A stretch of DNA of 64,000 nucleotides from Campylobacterota bacterium (GTDB lineage: Bacteria; Campylobacterota; Campylobacteria; Campylobacterales; Arcobacteraceae), in contig JBNJFB010000004.1 in the NCBI GenBank assembly GCA_051746405.1, positions 10,137 to 74,136 on the forward strand. The letters run 5' to 3'. Under the pieces are notes generated by a model, which saw only the letters and a list, made by a program, of their open reading frames with translations, was not told the origin of the DNA and searched no databases. Of this stretch, positions 39,723-50,891 are shown in pieces; within the stretch, counting starts at the first letter, position 1, and each line of letters begins with the position of its first letter. Position numbers and translations under genes: made by a program.

Positions 39723-39895
39723 TTAAAATTCCTATGAATTATTTTATATTTATACAATACAAACATAAGGTTAATACATAGTTAATGAATGATGTAGATT
39801 GTTTAGATTAAATAAATTGTTTTTTATATTTAATCATATCATCCTTTTAAAAAGGAAATAAAATAGAGTTTTTAAGTACATTAACCCCATAAATC

Positions 39896-39924
39896 TTGAC
39901 ATTTAATATATTTTAAGTTATAAT
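39896..39924 (+). promoter_or_regulatory. sigma70 promoter of the S10 operon
   Basis: TTGACA-17 nt-TATAAT followed by GC-rich discriminator CCGCGT. Confidence 0.85.
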
Positions 39925-39991
39925 CCGCGTCCACTAAATGTGGTTAGAGTGCATTTATGGTACTTCTAACGAGTTCTTTAAAGGAAAATAG

Positions 39992-40306
39992 ATGGAAAAA
40001 ATCAGATTAAAGCTTAAAGCTTATGATCACAGAGTTTTAGACAGAAGTGTTGCTTCAATTGTTGAAGCCGTTAAAAGAACTGGTGCTGAGTTGAGAGGTC
40101 CAATTCCTCTTCCAACGAAAATCAGAAGATATACAGTTCTAAAAGGTCCTCACGTAAACAAGGATGCTAGAGAGCAATTTGAAATCAGAGTTCACACAAG
40201 AATGATTGATATCATAGCAGCTACTCCTGATACAGTAGATTCACTAATGAAGCTAGATTTAGCTCCTGAAGTTGATGTTGAAGTTAGATCTATGGGTCAA
40301 GAATAA
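39992..40306 (+). CDS. rpsJ: 30S ribosomal protein S10
   Basis: [24 protein letters not shown]. Confidence 0.98.
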   Translation: MEKIRLKLKAYDHRVLDRSVASIVEAVKRTGAELRGPIPLPTKIRRYTVLKGPHVNKDAREQFEIRVHTRMIDIIAATPDTVDSLMKLDLAPEVDVEVRSMGQE

Positions 40307-40323
40307 GGAAGAAAGGGTAATAA

Positions 40324-40899
40324 ATGGAATTTATCGTAGAAAAAATTGGTATGAGTAGAACTGTTTCAGTTCCTGCTGTTCCTGTTACACTTTTAAAAGT
40401 TCTAGATACTAAAGTATGTGAAGTGAATGATGGTGTAGGAATTGTTGCTTATGCATCTGGAAAGAAGATGAATAAAACAATTGAAGGTCAACAAAAAAAA
40501 TATAACCTATCTAAAGAGTTCAACAGATTTGCAACTGCAGAAGTAGCAAATACTGAACCTGGTGACTTAGACTTATCTACTTTAGCAGAAGCTAAACTTT
40601 TAAAAACTACTTTTAAAACAAAAGGTAGAGGTTTCCAAGGTGGAGTTAAAAGATGGAACTTCGCAGGTGGTAGAGCAAGTCACGGGCACAGAATGGGTAG
40701 AAGAACTGGTTCAATCGGTAATGCTGAGTGGCCAGGTAGAGTTATGCCAGGTAAGAAAATGCCAGGGCAATACGGAAATACAAATACAAGTGTTAAAAAT
40801 GATGTTGTTTCATTTGACGCTGAGACTGGAATTTTAGTTGTTAAAGGTTCAGTATCAGGACCAAATGGTGCATTAGGAAAAGTAAAGGTTGCTAAATGA
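40324..40899 (+). CDS. rplC: 50S ribosomal protein L3
   Basis: KIGM, KGRGFQG.VKRW, GKKMPG. Confidence 0.97.
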   Translation: MEFIVEKIGMSRTVSVPAVPVTLLKVLDTKVCEVNDGVGIVAYASGKKMNKTIEGQQKKYNLSKEFNRFATAEVANTEPGDLDLSTLAEAKLLKTTFKTKGRGFQGGVKRWNFAGGRASHGHRMGRRTGSIGNAEWPGRVMPGKKMPGQYGNTNTSVKNDVVSFDAETGILVVKGSVSGPNGALGKVKVAK

Positions 40900-41507
40900 G
40901 TAATGCAATAGTATTAAACGAAAAATTTGAAAACAATGGTGAGTTAGCATTACCAGCTGGTTATGAAGAGATTAACTCTCACAACTTATACTTATATGTT
41001 AAGTCATATTTATCGTCATTAAGAGCAAATACAGCTAGAGTAAAAAACAGATCTGAAGTAAGCGGTGGTGGTAAAAAACCAAAAGCTCAAAAAGGTTCTG
41101 GTGGTGCTAGATGGGGTTCTAAAAGATCTCCTTTATTTGTTGGTGGTGGACAAATTTTTGGACCACAAAACAGAAACTATAACCAAAAAGTAAACAAAAA
41201 ACAGAAAGCTTTAGCATTAAGTTTTGCTTTAAATGAGCAAGCTAAAAAGAATTCATTATTTGTTGCTGATTCAATAAAAGTTGAATCTGGAAAGACTAAA
41301 GACGCAGTTGCAGTTTTAAATAAATTAAACAAAAGAGATACTTTAATTGTAGTTGATACAATTGAAGAAAAAACTTATTTAGCGTTTAGAAATATTAAAA
41401 ACTGTTATATGGTTGAAAAGCAAGAAGTTAACGCTTATATGATTGCTGCATACCACTCAGTACTAATTGAAAAATCAGTATTTGATGCATTAACAAAAGA
41501 GGCTTAA
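40896..41507 (+). CDS. rplD: 50S ribosomal protein L4
   Basis: [20 protein letters not shown]. Confidence 0.97.
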   Translation: MSNAIVLNEKFENNGELALPAGYEEINSHNLYLYVKSYLSSLRANTARVKNRSEVSGGGKKPKAQKGSGGARWGSKRSPLFVGGGQIFGPQNRNYNQKVNKKQKALALSFALNEQAKKNSLFVADSIKVESGKTKDAVAVLNKLNKRDTLIVVDTIEEKTYLAFRNIKNCYMVEKQEVNAYMIAAYHSVLIEKSVFDALTKEA

Positions 41508-41508
41508 G

Positions 41509-41790
41509 ATGGCAGATATTACAGATATTAAATCAATATTATATACAGAGAAAACAATCGAGCTTCAAGAAGATGGTGTAATCGTTGTTCAAACTAGTCC
41601 AAGAATGACTAAAAACGGTTTAAAAGAAGTATTTAAAGAGTATTTTGGTGTAACTCCATCAAAAGTGAATTCTTTAAGACAAAAAGGTAAGATTAAAAGA
41701 TTTAGAGGAAAGCCTGGAAAAAGACCAGATTTCAAAAAATTCTATGTAACATTACCAGAAGGCGCTGAAATAGCGAACCTATCAGCTTAA
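41509..41790 (+). CDS. rplW: 50S ribosomal protein L23
   Basis: TEK, KRFRG, KKFYVTL; operon position. Confidence 0.95.
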   Translation: MADITDIKSILYTEKTIELQEDGVIVVQTSPRMTKNGLKEVFKEYFGVTPSKVNSLRQKGKIKRFRGKPGKRPDFKKFYVTLPEGAEIANLSA

Positions 41791-41803
41791 GGAGTATTAG
41801 AAG

Positions 41804-42631
41804 ATGGCAATTAAAAGATTTAGACCAATAACTCCTGCAAGAAGATATATGTCAGTTATGGAAACTTCTGATATTACTTCTAAACCAACAGTTAGATCTT
41901 TACTTAAAAGAGTAAAAGCTACAGCTGGTAGAAATAATAACGGTAGAATCACTTCAAGACATAAAGAAGCAGGTGCAAAAAAGTTATACAGAGTTATCGA
42001 TTTCAAGAGAAATAAACTAGGTGTAGAGGGAACAGTATCAACTGTAGAGTATGACCCATATAGAAATTGTAGAATTTGTTTAGTAACTTATGCTGATGGT
42101 GAAAAAAGATATATCTTACAACCAAGCGGTGTAAAAGTTGGTGATACAATTCAAGCTGCAGAGTCTGGGTTAGATATTATCTCTGGAAATGCTATGAAAC
42201 TAGCAAGTATTCCTGTGGGTACAATGGTTCATAATGTTGAGCTTAAGCCTGGTAAAGGTGGACAACTTGCAAGAAGTGCTGGTGGATATGCACAAATCAT
42301 GGGTAGAGAAGGAAAATATGTTATCTTAAGATTACCTTCTGGTGAAATGAGAAAAGTATTAGGTGTATGTTTTGCAACAATAGGTATTGTTGGAAATGAA
42401 GACTTCATTAATATGGTTGTTGGTAAAGCAGGTAGAACTAGACATATGGGTATAAGACCTCAAACTAGAGGTTCTGCAATGAACCCAATTGATCACCCAC
42501 ACGGTGGTGGTGAAGGTAAAACTAATTCTGGTAGACATCCTGTAACTCCATGGGGTATGCCAACTAAAGGTTATAAAACTAGAAAGAAAAAAGCTAGTGA
42601 TAAACTAATCATTTCAAAAAGAAAGAAGTAA
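41804..42631 (+). CDS. rplB: 50S ribosomal protein L2
   Basis: [28 protein letters not shown]. Confidence 0.98.
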   Translation: MAIKRFRPITPARRYMSVMETSDITSKPTVRSLLKRVKATAGRNNNGRITSRHKEAGAKKLYRVIDFKRNKLGVEGTVSTVEYDPYRNCRICLVTYADGEKRYILQPSGVKVGDTIQAAESGLDIISGNAMKLASIPVGTMVHNVELKPGKGGQLARSAGGYAQIMGREGKYVILRLPSGEMRKVLGVCFATIGIVGNEDFINMVVGKAGRTRHMGIRPQTRGSAMNPIDHPHGGGEGKTNSGRHPVTPWGMPTKGYKTRKKKASDKLIISKRKK

Positions 42632-42642
42632 GGGTTTAAAAG

Positions 42643-42918
42643 ATGGCAAGATCAATTAAAAAAGGTCCATTTATAGATGCACACCTAATGAAAAAGGTTT
42701 TAAATGCAAATGAGACAAAAAATAGGAAACCAATTAAAACTTGGTCAAGAAGATCAGTAATATTACCTGATATGATTGGACTAACTTTAAATGTGCATAA
42801 TGGAAGAAATTTTGTTCCTGTATTAATTACAGAGAACCACGTTGGATATAAATTAGGTGAATTTGCACCAACTAGAACATTTAAGGGTCATAAAGGCTCT
42901 GTACAGAAGAAGGCGTAA
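42643..42918 (+). CDS. rpsS: 30S ribosomal protein S19
   Basis: [24 protein letters not shown]. Confidence 0.98.
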   Translation: MARSIKKGPFIDAHLMKKVLNANETKNRKPIKTWSRRSVILPDMIGLTLNVHNGRNFVPVLITENHVGYKLGEFAPTRTFKGHKGSVQKKA

Positions 42919-42920
42919 TA

Positions 42921-43253
42921 ATGGGTAAAGCAATATTAAAATTTATTAGACTTTCTCCAATCAAAGCAAGATTAATTGCAAGAGAAGTTCAAGGTATGAA
43001 TGCTGAATATGCAATGGCATCTTTAGAATTTACTCCTAACAAAGCTGCTGGAATTATTTCAAAAGTAATTGCTTCTGCAGTTGCAAATGCAGGTTTAGAA
43101 CCAGAAGAAGCAGTTATAAAGTCTGCAAGAGTAGATAAGGGGCCAGTTCTTAAGAGATTTACTCCAAGAGCTAGAGGAAGTGCATCACCTAAGCACAAAC
43201 CAACTGCACACATTATGATTGAAGTAGCAGCTGCTGATAAAGGAGATAAATAA
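42921..43253 (+). CDS. rplV: 50S ribosomal protein L22
   Basis: SP.KARL, SAVANA, PRARG. Confidence 0.97.
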   Translation: MGKAILKFIRLSPIKARLIAREVQGMNAEYAMASLEFTPNKAAGIISKVIASAVANAGLEPEEAVIKSARVDKGPVLKRFTPRARGSASPKHKPTAHIMIEVAAADKGDK

Positions 43254-43951
43254 TGGGTCAAAAAGTTAATCCAATAGGTCTAAGATTAGGTATTAATAGA
43301 AACTGGGATTCTAGATGGTTCCCAAAATTTGTAAATGTACCAGCAAATGTAGCTGAAGACGATAAAATTAGAAGGTTCATTAAAAAAGAGCTTTACTATG
43401 CAGGTGTTGCTCAAACTATCGTTGAAAGAACTGCTAAAAAAATTAGAGTTACTATTGTTGCTGCTAGACCTGGTATTATTATCGGTAAAAAAGGTGCAGA
43501 CGTTGAGAAACTTAAGGTTAATCTTTCAAAATTAGTTGGAAAAGAAATAGCAGTTAATATTAAAGAAGAGAGAAGACCTCAAACTTCTGGACAATTAGCA
43601 GCTGAAAATGTAGCACAACAATTAGAAAGAAGAGTTGCATTTAGAAGAGCAATGAAAAGAGTAATGCAAAATGCATTAAAATCTGGTGCAAAAGGTATTA
43701 AAGTTTCTGTTTCAGGTAGACTTGGTGGAGCTGAAATGGCTAGAACTGAGTGGTACTTAGAAGGTAGAGTTCCTTTACATACGTTAAGAGCTAAAATTGA
43801 TTATGGATTTGCAGAAGCTCATACGACATATGGTTGTATTGGAATTAAAGTGTGGATTTTCAAAGGTGAAATTCTTGCAAAAGGAATTCCAGCTGATAGA
43901 ACTGAAGAGCCTAAGCAAAAGAGAAGACCAAGTAAGAGAAGAGGTAAGTAA
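43253..43951 (+). CDS. rpsC: 30S ribosomal protein S3
   Basis: [25 protein letters not shown]. Confidence 0.98.
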   Translation: MGQKVNPIGLRLGINRNWDSRWFPKFVNVPANVAEDDKIRRFIKKELYYAGVAQTIVERTAKKIRVTIVAARPGIIIGKKGADVEKLKVNLSKLVGKEIAVNIKEERRPQTSGQLAAENVAQQLERRVAFRRAMKRVMQNALKSGAKGIKVSVSGRLGGAEMARTEWYLEGRVPLHTLRAKIDYGFAEAHTTYGCIGIKVWIFKGEILAKGIPADRTEEPKQKRRPSKRRGK

Positions 43952-43953
43952 TT

Positions 43954-44379
43954 ATGTTAATGCCTAAAAGAACTAAATATAGAAAGCAAATGAAAGGCCG
44001 AAATAGAGGTAAAGCTTTTAGAGGTACATCTTTAGCTTATGGTGATTTCGGAATTAAAGCTATTGAGCACGGAAGAATCGACTCAAGACAAATTGAAGCA
44101 GCAAGAATTGCTATGACAAGAGCAATTAAAAGAACAGGTAAAGTTTGGATAATGGTATTCCCAGATAAACCTTTAACTGCAAAACCATTAGAAACAAGAA
44201 TGGGTAAAGGTAAAGGTGGAATTGACAGATGGGTTATGAACGTTAAGCCTGGAAGAATTTGTTTTGAGATGGCAGGTGTAAGTGATGAGTTAGCTAATAA
44301 AGCTTTAACTTTAGCACAACATAAACTACCATTTAGAACTAAAATTGTAACAAGAGATAGCGAAAATGAACTATACTGA
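43954..44379 (+). CDS. rplP: 50S ribosomal protein L16
   Basis: [18 protein letters not shown]. Confidence 0.98.
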   Translation: MLMPKRTKYRKQMKGRNRGKAFRGTSLAYGDFGIKAIEHGRIDSRQIEAARIAMTRAIKRTGKVWIMVFPDKPLTAKPLETRMGKGKGGIDRWVMNVKPGRICFEMAGVSDELANKALTLAQHKLPFRTKIVTRDSENELY

Positions 44380-44557
44380 TTTAAAAGACAAAAGCCAAAA
44401 CGAGCTACAAGAGTTATTAAAAGAGAAAAAGGTGCTTCTTTTTGAATTAAAAGCGAAGCTAAAAACAATGCAGTTAACTAATACTTCTGAATTAAGAGCG
44501 TGTAAAAAAGACATCGCTAGAATTCAAACAGCAATTACTGCAACTAAAGCTAACTAA
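44366..44557 (+). CDS. rpmC: 50S ribosomal protein L29
   Basis: LFELK, KKDIARI.T; operon position. Confidence 0.95.
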   Translation: MNYTDLKDKSQNELQELLKEKKVLLFELKAKLKTMQLTNTSELRACKKDIARIQTAITATKAN

Positions 44558-44568
44558 GGATCTAAAAT

Positions 44569-44820
44569 ATGACACATAAAAGAGAGATTCAAGGTGTAGT
44601 GGTAAGAAAATCTGGAGATAAAACTGCTTCTGTATTAGTTACAAGAAATGTTTTACACCCAAGATATCACAAAACTGTAAAGAGATTTAAAAAATATTTA
44701 ATTCATGATGAAAAAAATGAGTTAAATGAAGGCGACAAAGTTATTGCTGTTGAGTGTAGACCAATTTCTAAGACAAAATCTTTTAGATTAAAAACTATTG
44801 TTGCTACAGGAGTTAAGTAA
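44569..44820 (+). CDS. rpsQ: 30S ribosomal protein S17
   Basis: [20 protein letters not shown]. Confidence 0.97.
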   Translation: MTHKREIQGVVVRKSGDKTASVLVTRNVLHPRYHKTVKRFKKYLIHDEKNELNEGDKVIAVECRPISKTKSFRLKTIVATGVK

Positions 44821-45188
44821 TGATTCAAAGTTTTTCAAGATTAAATGTAGCTGATAATACAGGTGCAAAAGAGATTATGTGTATTAAGGTTCTTGGCGGA
44901 TCGAAAAGAAGATACGCATCAGTTGGTGATGTAATTGTTGCTTCTGTTAAAAAAGCTTTACCAACAGGTAAAGTTAAAAAAGGTCAAGTTGTTAAAGCAG
45001 TGGTTGTAAGAACTCATAAAGAAGTTCAAAGAGAAAATGGTTCATTAATTAGATTCGACGATAACGCTGCTGTTATCTTAGATAATAAAAAAGAGCCAAT
45101 TGGAACAAGAATCTTTGGACCTGTATCTAGAGAAGTTAGATATGCAGGATTTATGAAAATTGTTTCACTTGCTCCGGAGGTACTATAA
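44820..45188 (+). CDS. rplN: 50S ribosomal protein L14
   Basis: [22 protein letters not shown]. Confidence 0.98.
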   Translation: MIQSFSRLNVADNTGAKEIMCIKVLGGSKRRYASVGDVIVASVKKALPTGKVKKGQVVKAVVVRTHKEVQRENGSLIRFDDNAAVILDNKKEPIGTRIFGPVSREVRYAGFMKIVSLAPEVL

Positions 45189-45190
45189 TT

Positions 45191-45430
45191 ATGGCAGTTA
45201 AATTAAAAATCAAAAAAGGTGACACTGTAAAAATAATTACAGGTGATGATAAAGGTAAAACAGGTGAAGTTTTACAAGTATTACCAAAAGACAATAAAGT
45301 AATCGTAAAAGATTGTAAAGTTGCAAAAAAGACTGTAAAGCCTGACCAAGAGAAAAATCCTGAGGGTGGTTTCGTAAATAAAGAGATGCCTATTGATGTT
45401 TCAAATGTAGTAAAAGTAGAAGGTGAATAA
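45191..45430 (+). CDS. rplX: 50S ribosomal protein L24 (short form)
   Basis: IKKGDTV.II.G.DKGK.G, E.PI..SNV. Confidence 0.96.
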   Translation: MAVKLKIKKGDTVKIITGDDKGKTGEVLQVLPKDNKVIVKDCKVAKKTVKPDQEKNPEGGFVNKEMPIDVSNVVKVEGE

Positions 45431-45431
45431 G

Positions 45432-45980
45432 ATGGCGGCAAGATTATTAGAAAGATACAATGCTGAGATTAAACCAGCTTTACAAGCTGAGTTCCAAAAA
45501 AACAAAATGTTAACTGCAAAAGTAGAAAAAGTAGTTATCTCTGTTGGAGCTGGTGAAGCTATGAAAGATTCAAAGTTAATGCAAAGTATTCAAGATACTA
45601 TCTCTTTAATTGCAGGACAAAAAGCAGTTAAAGTAATTGCAAAAAAATCAGTAGCTGGTTTTAAAGTAAGAGAAGGGTACCCTGTAGGTATTAAAGTAAC
45701 ACTTAGAGGTGAAAGAATGTATACATTCTTAGATAAACTTTGTTCTATTGCTTTACCAAGAGTAAAAGACTTCCAAGGTCTTAACAAGAATGGATTTGAT
45801 GGAAGAGGTAACTTTAACTTTGGGCTTGATGAGCAGTTAATGTTCCCAGAAGTTGTTTATGATGATATCATTAAAACACACGGTATGAATATTTCAATTT
45901 CTACAAGTGCAGATAATGATGCTGAAGCATTTAGATTATTAGAGCTTGTTGGAATTCCATTTACTAAAGGAAGAGCGTAA
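45432..45980 (+). CDS. rplE: 50S ribosomal protein L5
   Basis: [26 protein letters not shown]. Confidence 0.97.
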   Translation: MAARLLERYNAEIKPALQAEFQKNKMLTAKVEKVVISVGAGEAMKDSKLMQSIQDTISLIAGQKAVKVIAKKSVAGFKVREGYPVGIKVTLRGERMYTFLDKLCSIALPRVKDFQGLNKNGFDGRGNFNFGLDEQLMFPEVVYDDIIKTHGMNISISTSADNDAEAFRLLELVGIPFTKGRA

Positions 45981-46165
45981 TGGCAAAGAAATCTATGATT
46001 GCTAAGCAAAAGAGAACTGCTAAGTTCTCTTCTAGAGAATACACAAGATGTTCAGTGTGTGGAAGACCACACTCAGTTTACAGAGATTTTGGTCTTTGTA
46101 GAATTTGTTTAAGAAAAATGGCTAACGAAGGTTTATTACCTGGTGTTAGAAAAGCTAGTTGGTAG
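45980..46165 (+). CDS. rpsN: 30S ribosomal protein S14, zinc-binding type
   Basis: [19 protein letters not shown]. Confidence 0.97.
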   Translation: MAKKSMIAKQKRTAKFSSREYTRCSVCGRPHSVYRDFGLCRICLRKMANEGLLPGVRKASW

Positions 46166-46179
46166 GGAGAAGATAAGCT

Positions 46180-46578
46180 ATGATGAATGACATAATCGCA
46201 GATGCTTTAACTAGAATAAGAAATGCTGCAATGAGAAAATTAGATGTTGCAACACTATTACACTCAAATACTGTTGTTGGGGTACTAAAAGTATTACAAC
46301 AAAAAGAGTATATTGAAAGTTATAAAGTTATCGAAAAAGAAAATAATAAGAAATTTGTTCAAGTTACATTAAAATATGATGATAATGAAACTTCAGTAAT
46401 TAATGAGTTAAAAAGAGTTTCTAAACCAGGTAGAAGAGTTTATAAACATTTTAATGAATTAAAAAACTTTAAAAACGGATACGGTACTATCATTGTTACT
46501 ACAAGTAAGGGTGTAATTGCTAACGATGAGGCTTATGCTTCAAAAGTTGGTGGCGAAGTACTGTGTACAGTTTGGTAG
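46180..46578 (+). CDS. rpsH: 30S ribosomal protein S8
   Basis: [25 protein letters not shown]. Confidence 0.97.
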   Translation: MMNDIIADALTRIRNAAMRKLDVATLLHSNTVVGVLKVLQQKEYIESYKVIEKENNKKFVQVTLKYDDNETSVINELKRVSKPGRRVYKHFNELKNFKNGYGTIIVTTSKGVIANDEAYASKVGGEVLCTVW

Positions 46579-46587
46579 GAGAGTGTA

Positions 46588-47121
46588 ATGTCTAGAATTG
46601 GAAAAAGACCTATCGCAATCCCTTCAGGGATTGAAGTATCAGTTGATGGTACATTAGTTAGCGTAAAAAAAGGTAATAAATCTATTCCTGTTGAAACACA
46701 TGGAAGAGTTACTGTAGAAGTTGCTGAAAACCAAGTTATTTTAGAAAGAGTTGGTGATGACCAAGAATCAGCAGCATTTTGGGGAACTTACAGAGCATTA
46801 ATTAACAACGCTGTTGTTGGATTAAATAAAGGTTTCCAAATATCATTAGAAGTAAATGGTGTTGGTTACAGAGCTGCTGTTAAAGGAAAAGTTCTTGAAT
46901 TACAATTAGGGTACTCTCATCCAATTAATTACGAAATCCCAGAGGGACTAGAAATTACAGTTGAGAAAAACTTAATTCACGTTAAAGGTGCAGACAAACA
47001 ACAAGTTGGTCAAGCTGCTGCAATTATTAGAGGCTATAGAAAACCAGAACCTTACAAAGGTAAAGGTGTTAAATATGTTGATGAACATATTGTTAGAAAA
47101 GCCGGAAAAACTGCTAAGTAA
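46588..47121 (+). CDS. rplF: 50S ribosomal protein L6
   Basis: [20 protein letters not shown]. Confidence 0.98.
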   Translation: MSRIGKRPIAIPSGIEVSVDGTLVSVKKGNKSIPVETHGRVTVEVAENQVILERVGDDQESAAFWGTYRALINNAVVGLNKGFQISLEVNGVGYRAAVKGKVLELQLGYSHPINYEIPEGLEITVEKNLIHVKGADKQQVGQAAAIIRGYRKPEPYKGKGVKYVDEHIVRKAGKTAK

Positions 47122-47132
47122 GGTGTGAAGTA

Positions 47133-47492
47133 ATGAGTAGAGCAAAAGAATTAGCAAAAAGAGATGCTTTAAGAGCAAAGAGAAAAAGAAGAGTTAGAGG
47201 TAAAATCTCAGGTACACAAGAAAAACCAAGAGTTACTATCTTTAAATCAAACAAATATATAAGTGCTCAAGCAATCAATGATGTTGATGGTGTTACTTTA
47301 GCAGGTGTTAGTTCATTAAAAATGGGACTAAATGTAAGTAAAGAAAGCGCAGCTAAAGTTGCAGCAGAGTTTGCTGAGAACTTAAAAGCTGCTGGTATTG
47401 AAACAGTAGTTTATGATAGAAATGGATACCTTTATCACGGTGTAGTTGCAGCATTTGCTGAAGCACTTAGAGATAACGGTATTAAATTATAA
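47133..47492 (+). CDS. rplR: 50S ribosomal protein L18
   Basis: [20 protein letters not shown]. Confidence 0.96.
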   Translation: MSRAKELAKRDALRAKRKRRVRGKISGTQEKPRVTIFKSNKYISAQAINDVDGVTLAGVSSLKMGLNVSKESAAKVAAEFAENLKAAGIETVVYDRNGYLYHGVVAAFAEALRDNGIKL

Positions 47493-47498
47493 GGGTTA

Positions 47499-47942
47499 AT
47501 GATGGCAGTAAATAGAGAAGATTATCAAGAAGCAATCGTTAAAATCGGAAGAGTAACAAAAGTTGTAAAAGGTGGTAGAAGATTTAGATTTACAGCTTTA
47601 GTTGTTGTTGGTGATAAAAATGGATCAGTAGGATTTGGAACAGGTAAAGCAAAAGAGGTTCCAGATGCTATTAAAAAAGGGTTAGATGATGCATTTAAAT
47701 CTTTAGTGAATGTTAATATTCATGGTACAACTATCGCACATGATATTGAACATAAATATAACTCTTCTAAGATTTTATTAAAGCCAGCATCTGAGGGTAC
47801 AGGACTTATTGCAGGTGGTGCAGCAAGACCAGTACTTGAACTTTCAGGAGTTAAAGATATTATTGCAAAATCTTTAGGTTCTAACAATCCAAACAACCTT
47901 GTAAGAGCTACTGTTGAAGCTTTAGCAAGAATAAAAGGATAA
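47499..47942 (+). CDS. rpsE: 30S ribosomal protein S5
   Basis: [24 protein letters not shown]. Confidence 0.98.
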   Translation: MMAVNREDYQEAIVKIGRVTKVVKGGRRFRFTALVVVGDKNGSVGFGTGKAKEVPDAIKKGLDDAFKSLVNVNIHGTTIAHDIEHKYNSSKILLKPASEGTGLIAGGAARPVLELSGVKDIIAKSLGSNNPNNLVRATVEALARIKG

Positions 47943-47946
47943 TAAG

Positions 47947-48345
47947 ATGGCATTAAGTAATTTACAACCAGCTATTGGTAGTACAAAAAATAGAAAAAGA
48001 GTAGGTAGAGGTCAAGGTTCAGGAATGGGTAAGACTTCTACAAGAGGTCACAAAGGTCAAAAAGCTAGATCTGGATTTAAAATCAAAAGAGGTTTTGAAG
48101 GTGGTCAAATGCCTATGCATAAAAGACTTCCAAAGACTGGATTTTATTCTGCAGCTGAAAAACCTTACTCTATCAATGTTGATAGAGTTAAAAGAATTGC
48201 TGAGCTTGAAGAAATTACTGTTGAGTCTATCAAGTCAGTATACAAATTATCTAAAAGAGTTGAAAAGATTAAATTAATTGGTTCATCTTCTAAAGATTTA
48301 GTATCTAAGATAAAAGACGACAACGTTACAACTACTGGAAACTAA
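47947..48345 (+). CDS. rplO: 50S ribosomal protein L15
   Basis: [24 protein letters not shown]. Confidence 0.97.
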   Translation: MALSNLQPAIGSTKNRKRVGRGQGSGMGKTSTRGHKGQKARSGFKIKRGFEGGQMPMHKRLPKTGFYSAAEKPYSINVDRVKRIAELEEITVESIKSVYKLSKRVEKIKLIGSSSKDLVSKIKDDNVTTTGN

Positions 48346-48347
48346 TT

Positions 48348-49610
48348 ATGAGTAAAGATCTAATAAATAAGATTCTTATTACATTAGGTTTTATTTTGCT
48401 TTACAGGTTACTGGCTTATGTGCCAGTACCTGGAGTTAATATAGACGTAGTTAAAGAATTCTTCGATTCAAACTCAGATAATGCACTAGGTCTTGTAAAT
48501 ATGTTTAGTGGTAATGCAGTTGAAAGACTGTCTATTATCTCACTTGGAATTATGCCTTACATTACAGCTTCAATTATTATGGAATTGTTAGCAGCAACTT
48601 TCCCAGCACTTGGAAAAATGAAAAAAGAGAGAGATGGTATGCAAAAATATATGCAAATCATCAGATATACAACCATTGTTATTACTTTAATACAATCAGT
48701 TGGTGTATCTATGGGTCTAAATTCATTAACAGGTCAAAGTGGACAAAGTGCTATTTCAATTGATATGAGTACATTTATAGCTGTATCCTCAATCTCTATG
48801 TTAACAGGTACTATGCTTCTTATGTGGATTGGTGAACAAATCACACAAAAAGGTATAGGAAATGGTATTTCATTAATTATCTTCGCAGGTATTGTTTCAG
48901 CAATTCCAGGAGCCATTGGTGGTACTGTTGATTTAGTTAATAATGGACAAATGAGTTTCTTAACTGTAATTGCAATAATAGTAATTATTTTAGCTACAGT
49001 TGGAGCTATTATTTATGTTGAATTGGGTGAAAGAAGAGTTCCAGTGTCATATTCAAGAAAAGTTATGATGCAAAATCAAAACAAAAGAGTTATGAACTAT
49101 ATTCCTATTAAGGTTAACTTATCAGGTGTAATTCCTGCAATTTTTGCAAGTGCAATTTTGATGTTCCCTGCAACTGTATTGCAAGGTAGTCAAAACGAGT
49201 ACTTACTTATAGTTGCTGATTATTTAAGTCCTAGTTCATACACTTTTAATCTGTTTATGTTTTTATTTGTAGTCTTTTTTGCATTCTTTTATGCATCAAT
49301 TACTTTCAATGCAAAAGATATTTCAGAGAACCTTAAAAAGCAAGGTGGCTTTATTCCAGGTGTTAGACCAGGAGCAAGTACAGCTAACTTTTTAAATGAA
49401 ACAGCTAGTAGATTGACATTTTGGGGTGCGTTATACTTAGGTGCTATTTCAACTGTACCTTGGTTAATTGTAAAAGCAATGGGTGTTCCATTCTATTTTG
49501 GTGGTGTTGCTGTATTAATTGTTGTTCAAGTAGCAATAGATACAATGAGAAAAATTGAAGCTCAGCAGTACACAAATAAATATCAAACACTAAGTGCAGT
49601 GGGACTATAG
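48348..49610 (+). CDS. secY: preprotein translocase subunit SecY
   Basis: LGIMPYITASII, GIGNGISL, GGFIPGVRPG. Confidence 0.98.
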   Translation: MSKDLINKILITLGFILLYRLLAYVPVPGVNIDVVKEFFDSNSDNALGLVNMFSGNAVERLSIISLGIMPYITASIIMELLAATFPALGKMKKERDGMQKYMQIIRYTTIVITLIQSVGVSMGLNSLTGQSGQSAISIDMSTFIAVSSISMLTGTMLLMWIGEQITQKGIGNGISLIIFAGIVSAIPGAIGGTVDLVNNGQMSFLTVIAIIVIILATVGAIIYVELGERRVPVSYSRKVMMQNQNKRVMNYIPIKVNLSGVIPAIFASAILMFPATVLQGSQNEYLLIVADYLSPSSYTFNLFMFLFVVFFAFFYASITFNAKDISENLKKQGGFIPGVRPGASTANFLNETASRLTFWGALYLGAISTVPWLIVKAMGVPFYFGGVAVLIVVQVAIDTMRKIEAQQYTNKYQTLSAVGL

Positions 49611-49615
49611 AACTC

Positions 49616-50383
49616 ATGGCTATTCCATTAAGAAAACCAAAAGAAATTGAAAAACTTCGAACAGCTGGACAAGCTGTTGCGAAGACATTGAAACACTTAG
49701 AAAAGAACGTAAAAGCTGGTATGACTTTAAAAGAAGTTGATGCAATGGGTGAAAAGTACCTAAGAGACTTAGGTGCTAGGCCATCTTTTAAAGGTTTATA
49801 CGGTTTTCCAGGTGCTATATGTACATCATTAAACGAAACAATAATTCATGGTATACCAGATGACACTGTCTTAAAAGAGGGTGATATTCTAGGGCTTGAT
49901 TGTGGTTCTGAAATTGATGGATGGTATGGCGATGCTGCAATTACAATGCCTATTGGTCAAATATCAAAAGCAGATGAAGAGCTAATTGCTTGTTCAAAAG
50001 ATACTTTATATTATGCAATTGATATTATAAAAGAGGGCATGAGATTTAAAGAGTTATCACAAGAGATTGAGAAATTTATTGTTGATAGAGGGTACCAACC
50101 GTTAGTTAGATTTTGTGGTCATGGAATAGGTAGAAAACCCCATGGTGAACCAGAAATTCCTAACTATTTAGAATCAGGTAGCGCAAAATCAGGTCCAAAA
50201 ATAAAAAATGGTATGGTGTTTTGTTTAGAGCCTATGATTTGTCATAAAGATAGAGATCCTGTTATATTAGAAAATGATTGGGATGTAGTATCAGCAGATG
50301 GATATAGGGGAAGTCATTACGAACATCAAGTTGCTGTTATTAATGGTAAAGCAGTTATTTTAACTAAGTTAGATGAAGAGTAA
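49616..50383 (+). CDS. map: methionine aminopeptidase type I
   Basis: HGIP, GHGIG, EPM, HYEH. Confidence 0.96.
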   Translation: MAIPLRKPKEIEKLRTAGQAVAKTLKHLEKNVKAGMTLKEVDAMGEKYLRDLGARPSFKGLYGFPGAICTSLNETIIHGIPDDTVLKEGDILGLDCGSEIDGWYGDAAITMPIGQISKADEELIACSKDTLYYAIDIIKEGMRFKELSQEIEKFIVDRGYQPLVRFCGHGIGRKPHGEPEIPNYLESGSAKSGPKIKNGMVFCLEPMICHKDRDPVILENDWDVVSADGYRGSHYEHQVAVINGKAVILTKLDEE

Positions 50384-50398
50384 TTTTAGGGAGAAAAA

Positions 50399-50617
50399 GT
50401 GGCAAAAGATGATGTAATAGTTATTGACGGTAAAGTGATTGAAGCTTTACCTAATGCTATGTTTAGAGTTGAATTAGATAATGGTCATGTGGTTTTATGT
50501 CATATCTCAGGGAAAATGAGAATGCACTACATTAAAATTTTACCAGGGGATAAGGTTAAAGTAGAAATTACACCTTATTCGTTAGATAAAGGTAGAATCA
50601 CTCATAGATACAAATAG
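50399..50617 (+). CDS. infA: translation initiation factor IF-1
   Basis: [22 protein letters not shown]. Confidence 0.98.
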   Translation: MAKDDVIVIDGKVIEALPNAMFRVELDNGHVVLCHISGKMRMHYIKILPGDKVKVEITPYSLDKGRITHRYK

Positions 50618-50626
50618 TGTATCTTT

Positions 50627-50760
50627 AAAAAGCAAGGATTAAAAAATCCTTGCTTTCTTTTTTTACGGGTTATACCCAAAACTATGAAGCCTGATATATA
50701 ATAGCCTCGCGCACTTTAAAAAGTAACTATCAAAAACAAAGCTTCATAATTTTAAATACT
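50627..50760 (-). ncRNA. candidate small RNA, long irregular hairpin
   Basis: Minus-strand TATAAT at 50773-50768; 21-bp closing stem that pairs fully (with G-U) only on the minus strand; ends at the shared terminator. Confidence 0.45.
50629..50664. terminator. bidirectional intrinsic terminator ending the S10-spc operon
   Basis: AAAGCAAGGATT-AAAA-AATCCTTGCTTT with T tracts on both strands. Confidence 0.85.
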
Positions 50761-50891
50761 AAAGTATATTATACCTTTTTTTTCATTAGAATTATATCAT
50801 AAAAAATAAATAATCTATAAATATTATTCCAATTTTTTATATAAATTTATAGATAAATACTTAACAAAGATTTTTTTTTGTACAATATCCC

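Noticed and set aside
50660..50760. SRP RNA or 6S RNA identity for the candidate sRNA
   Set aside because: No SRP domain IV motif, and it looks short for 6S; cannot be assigned without a covariance search
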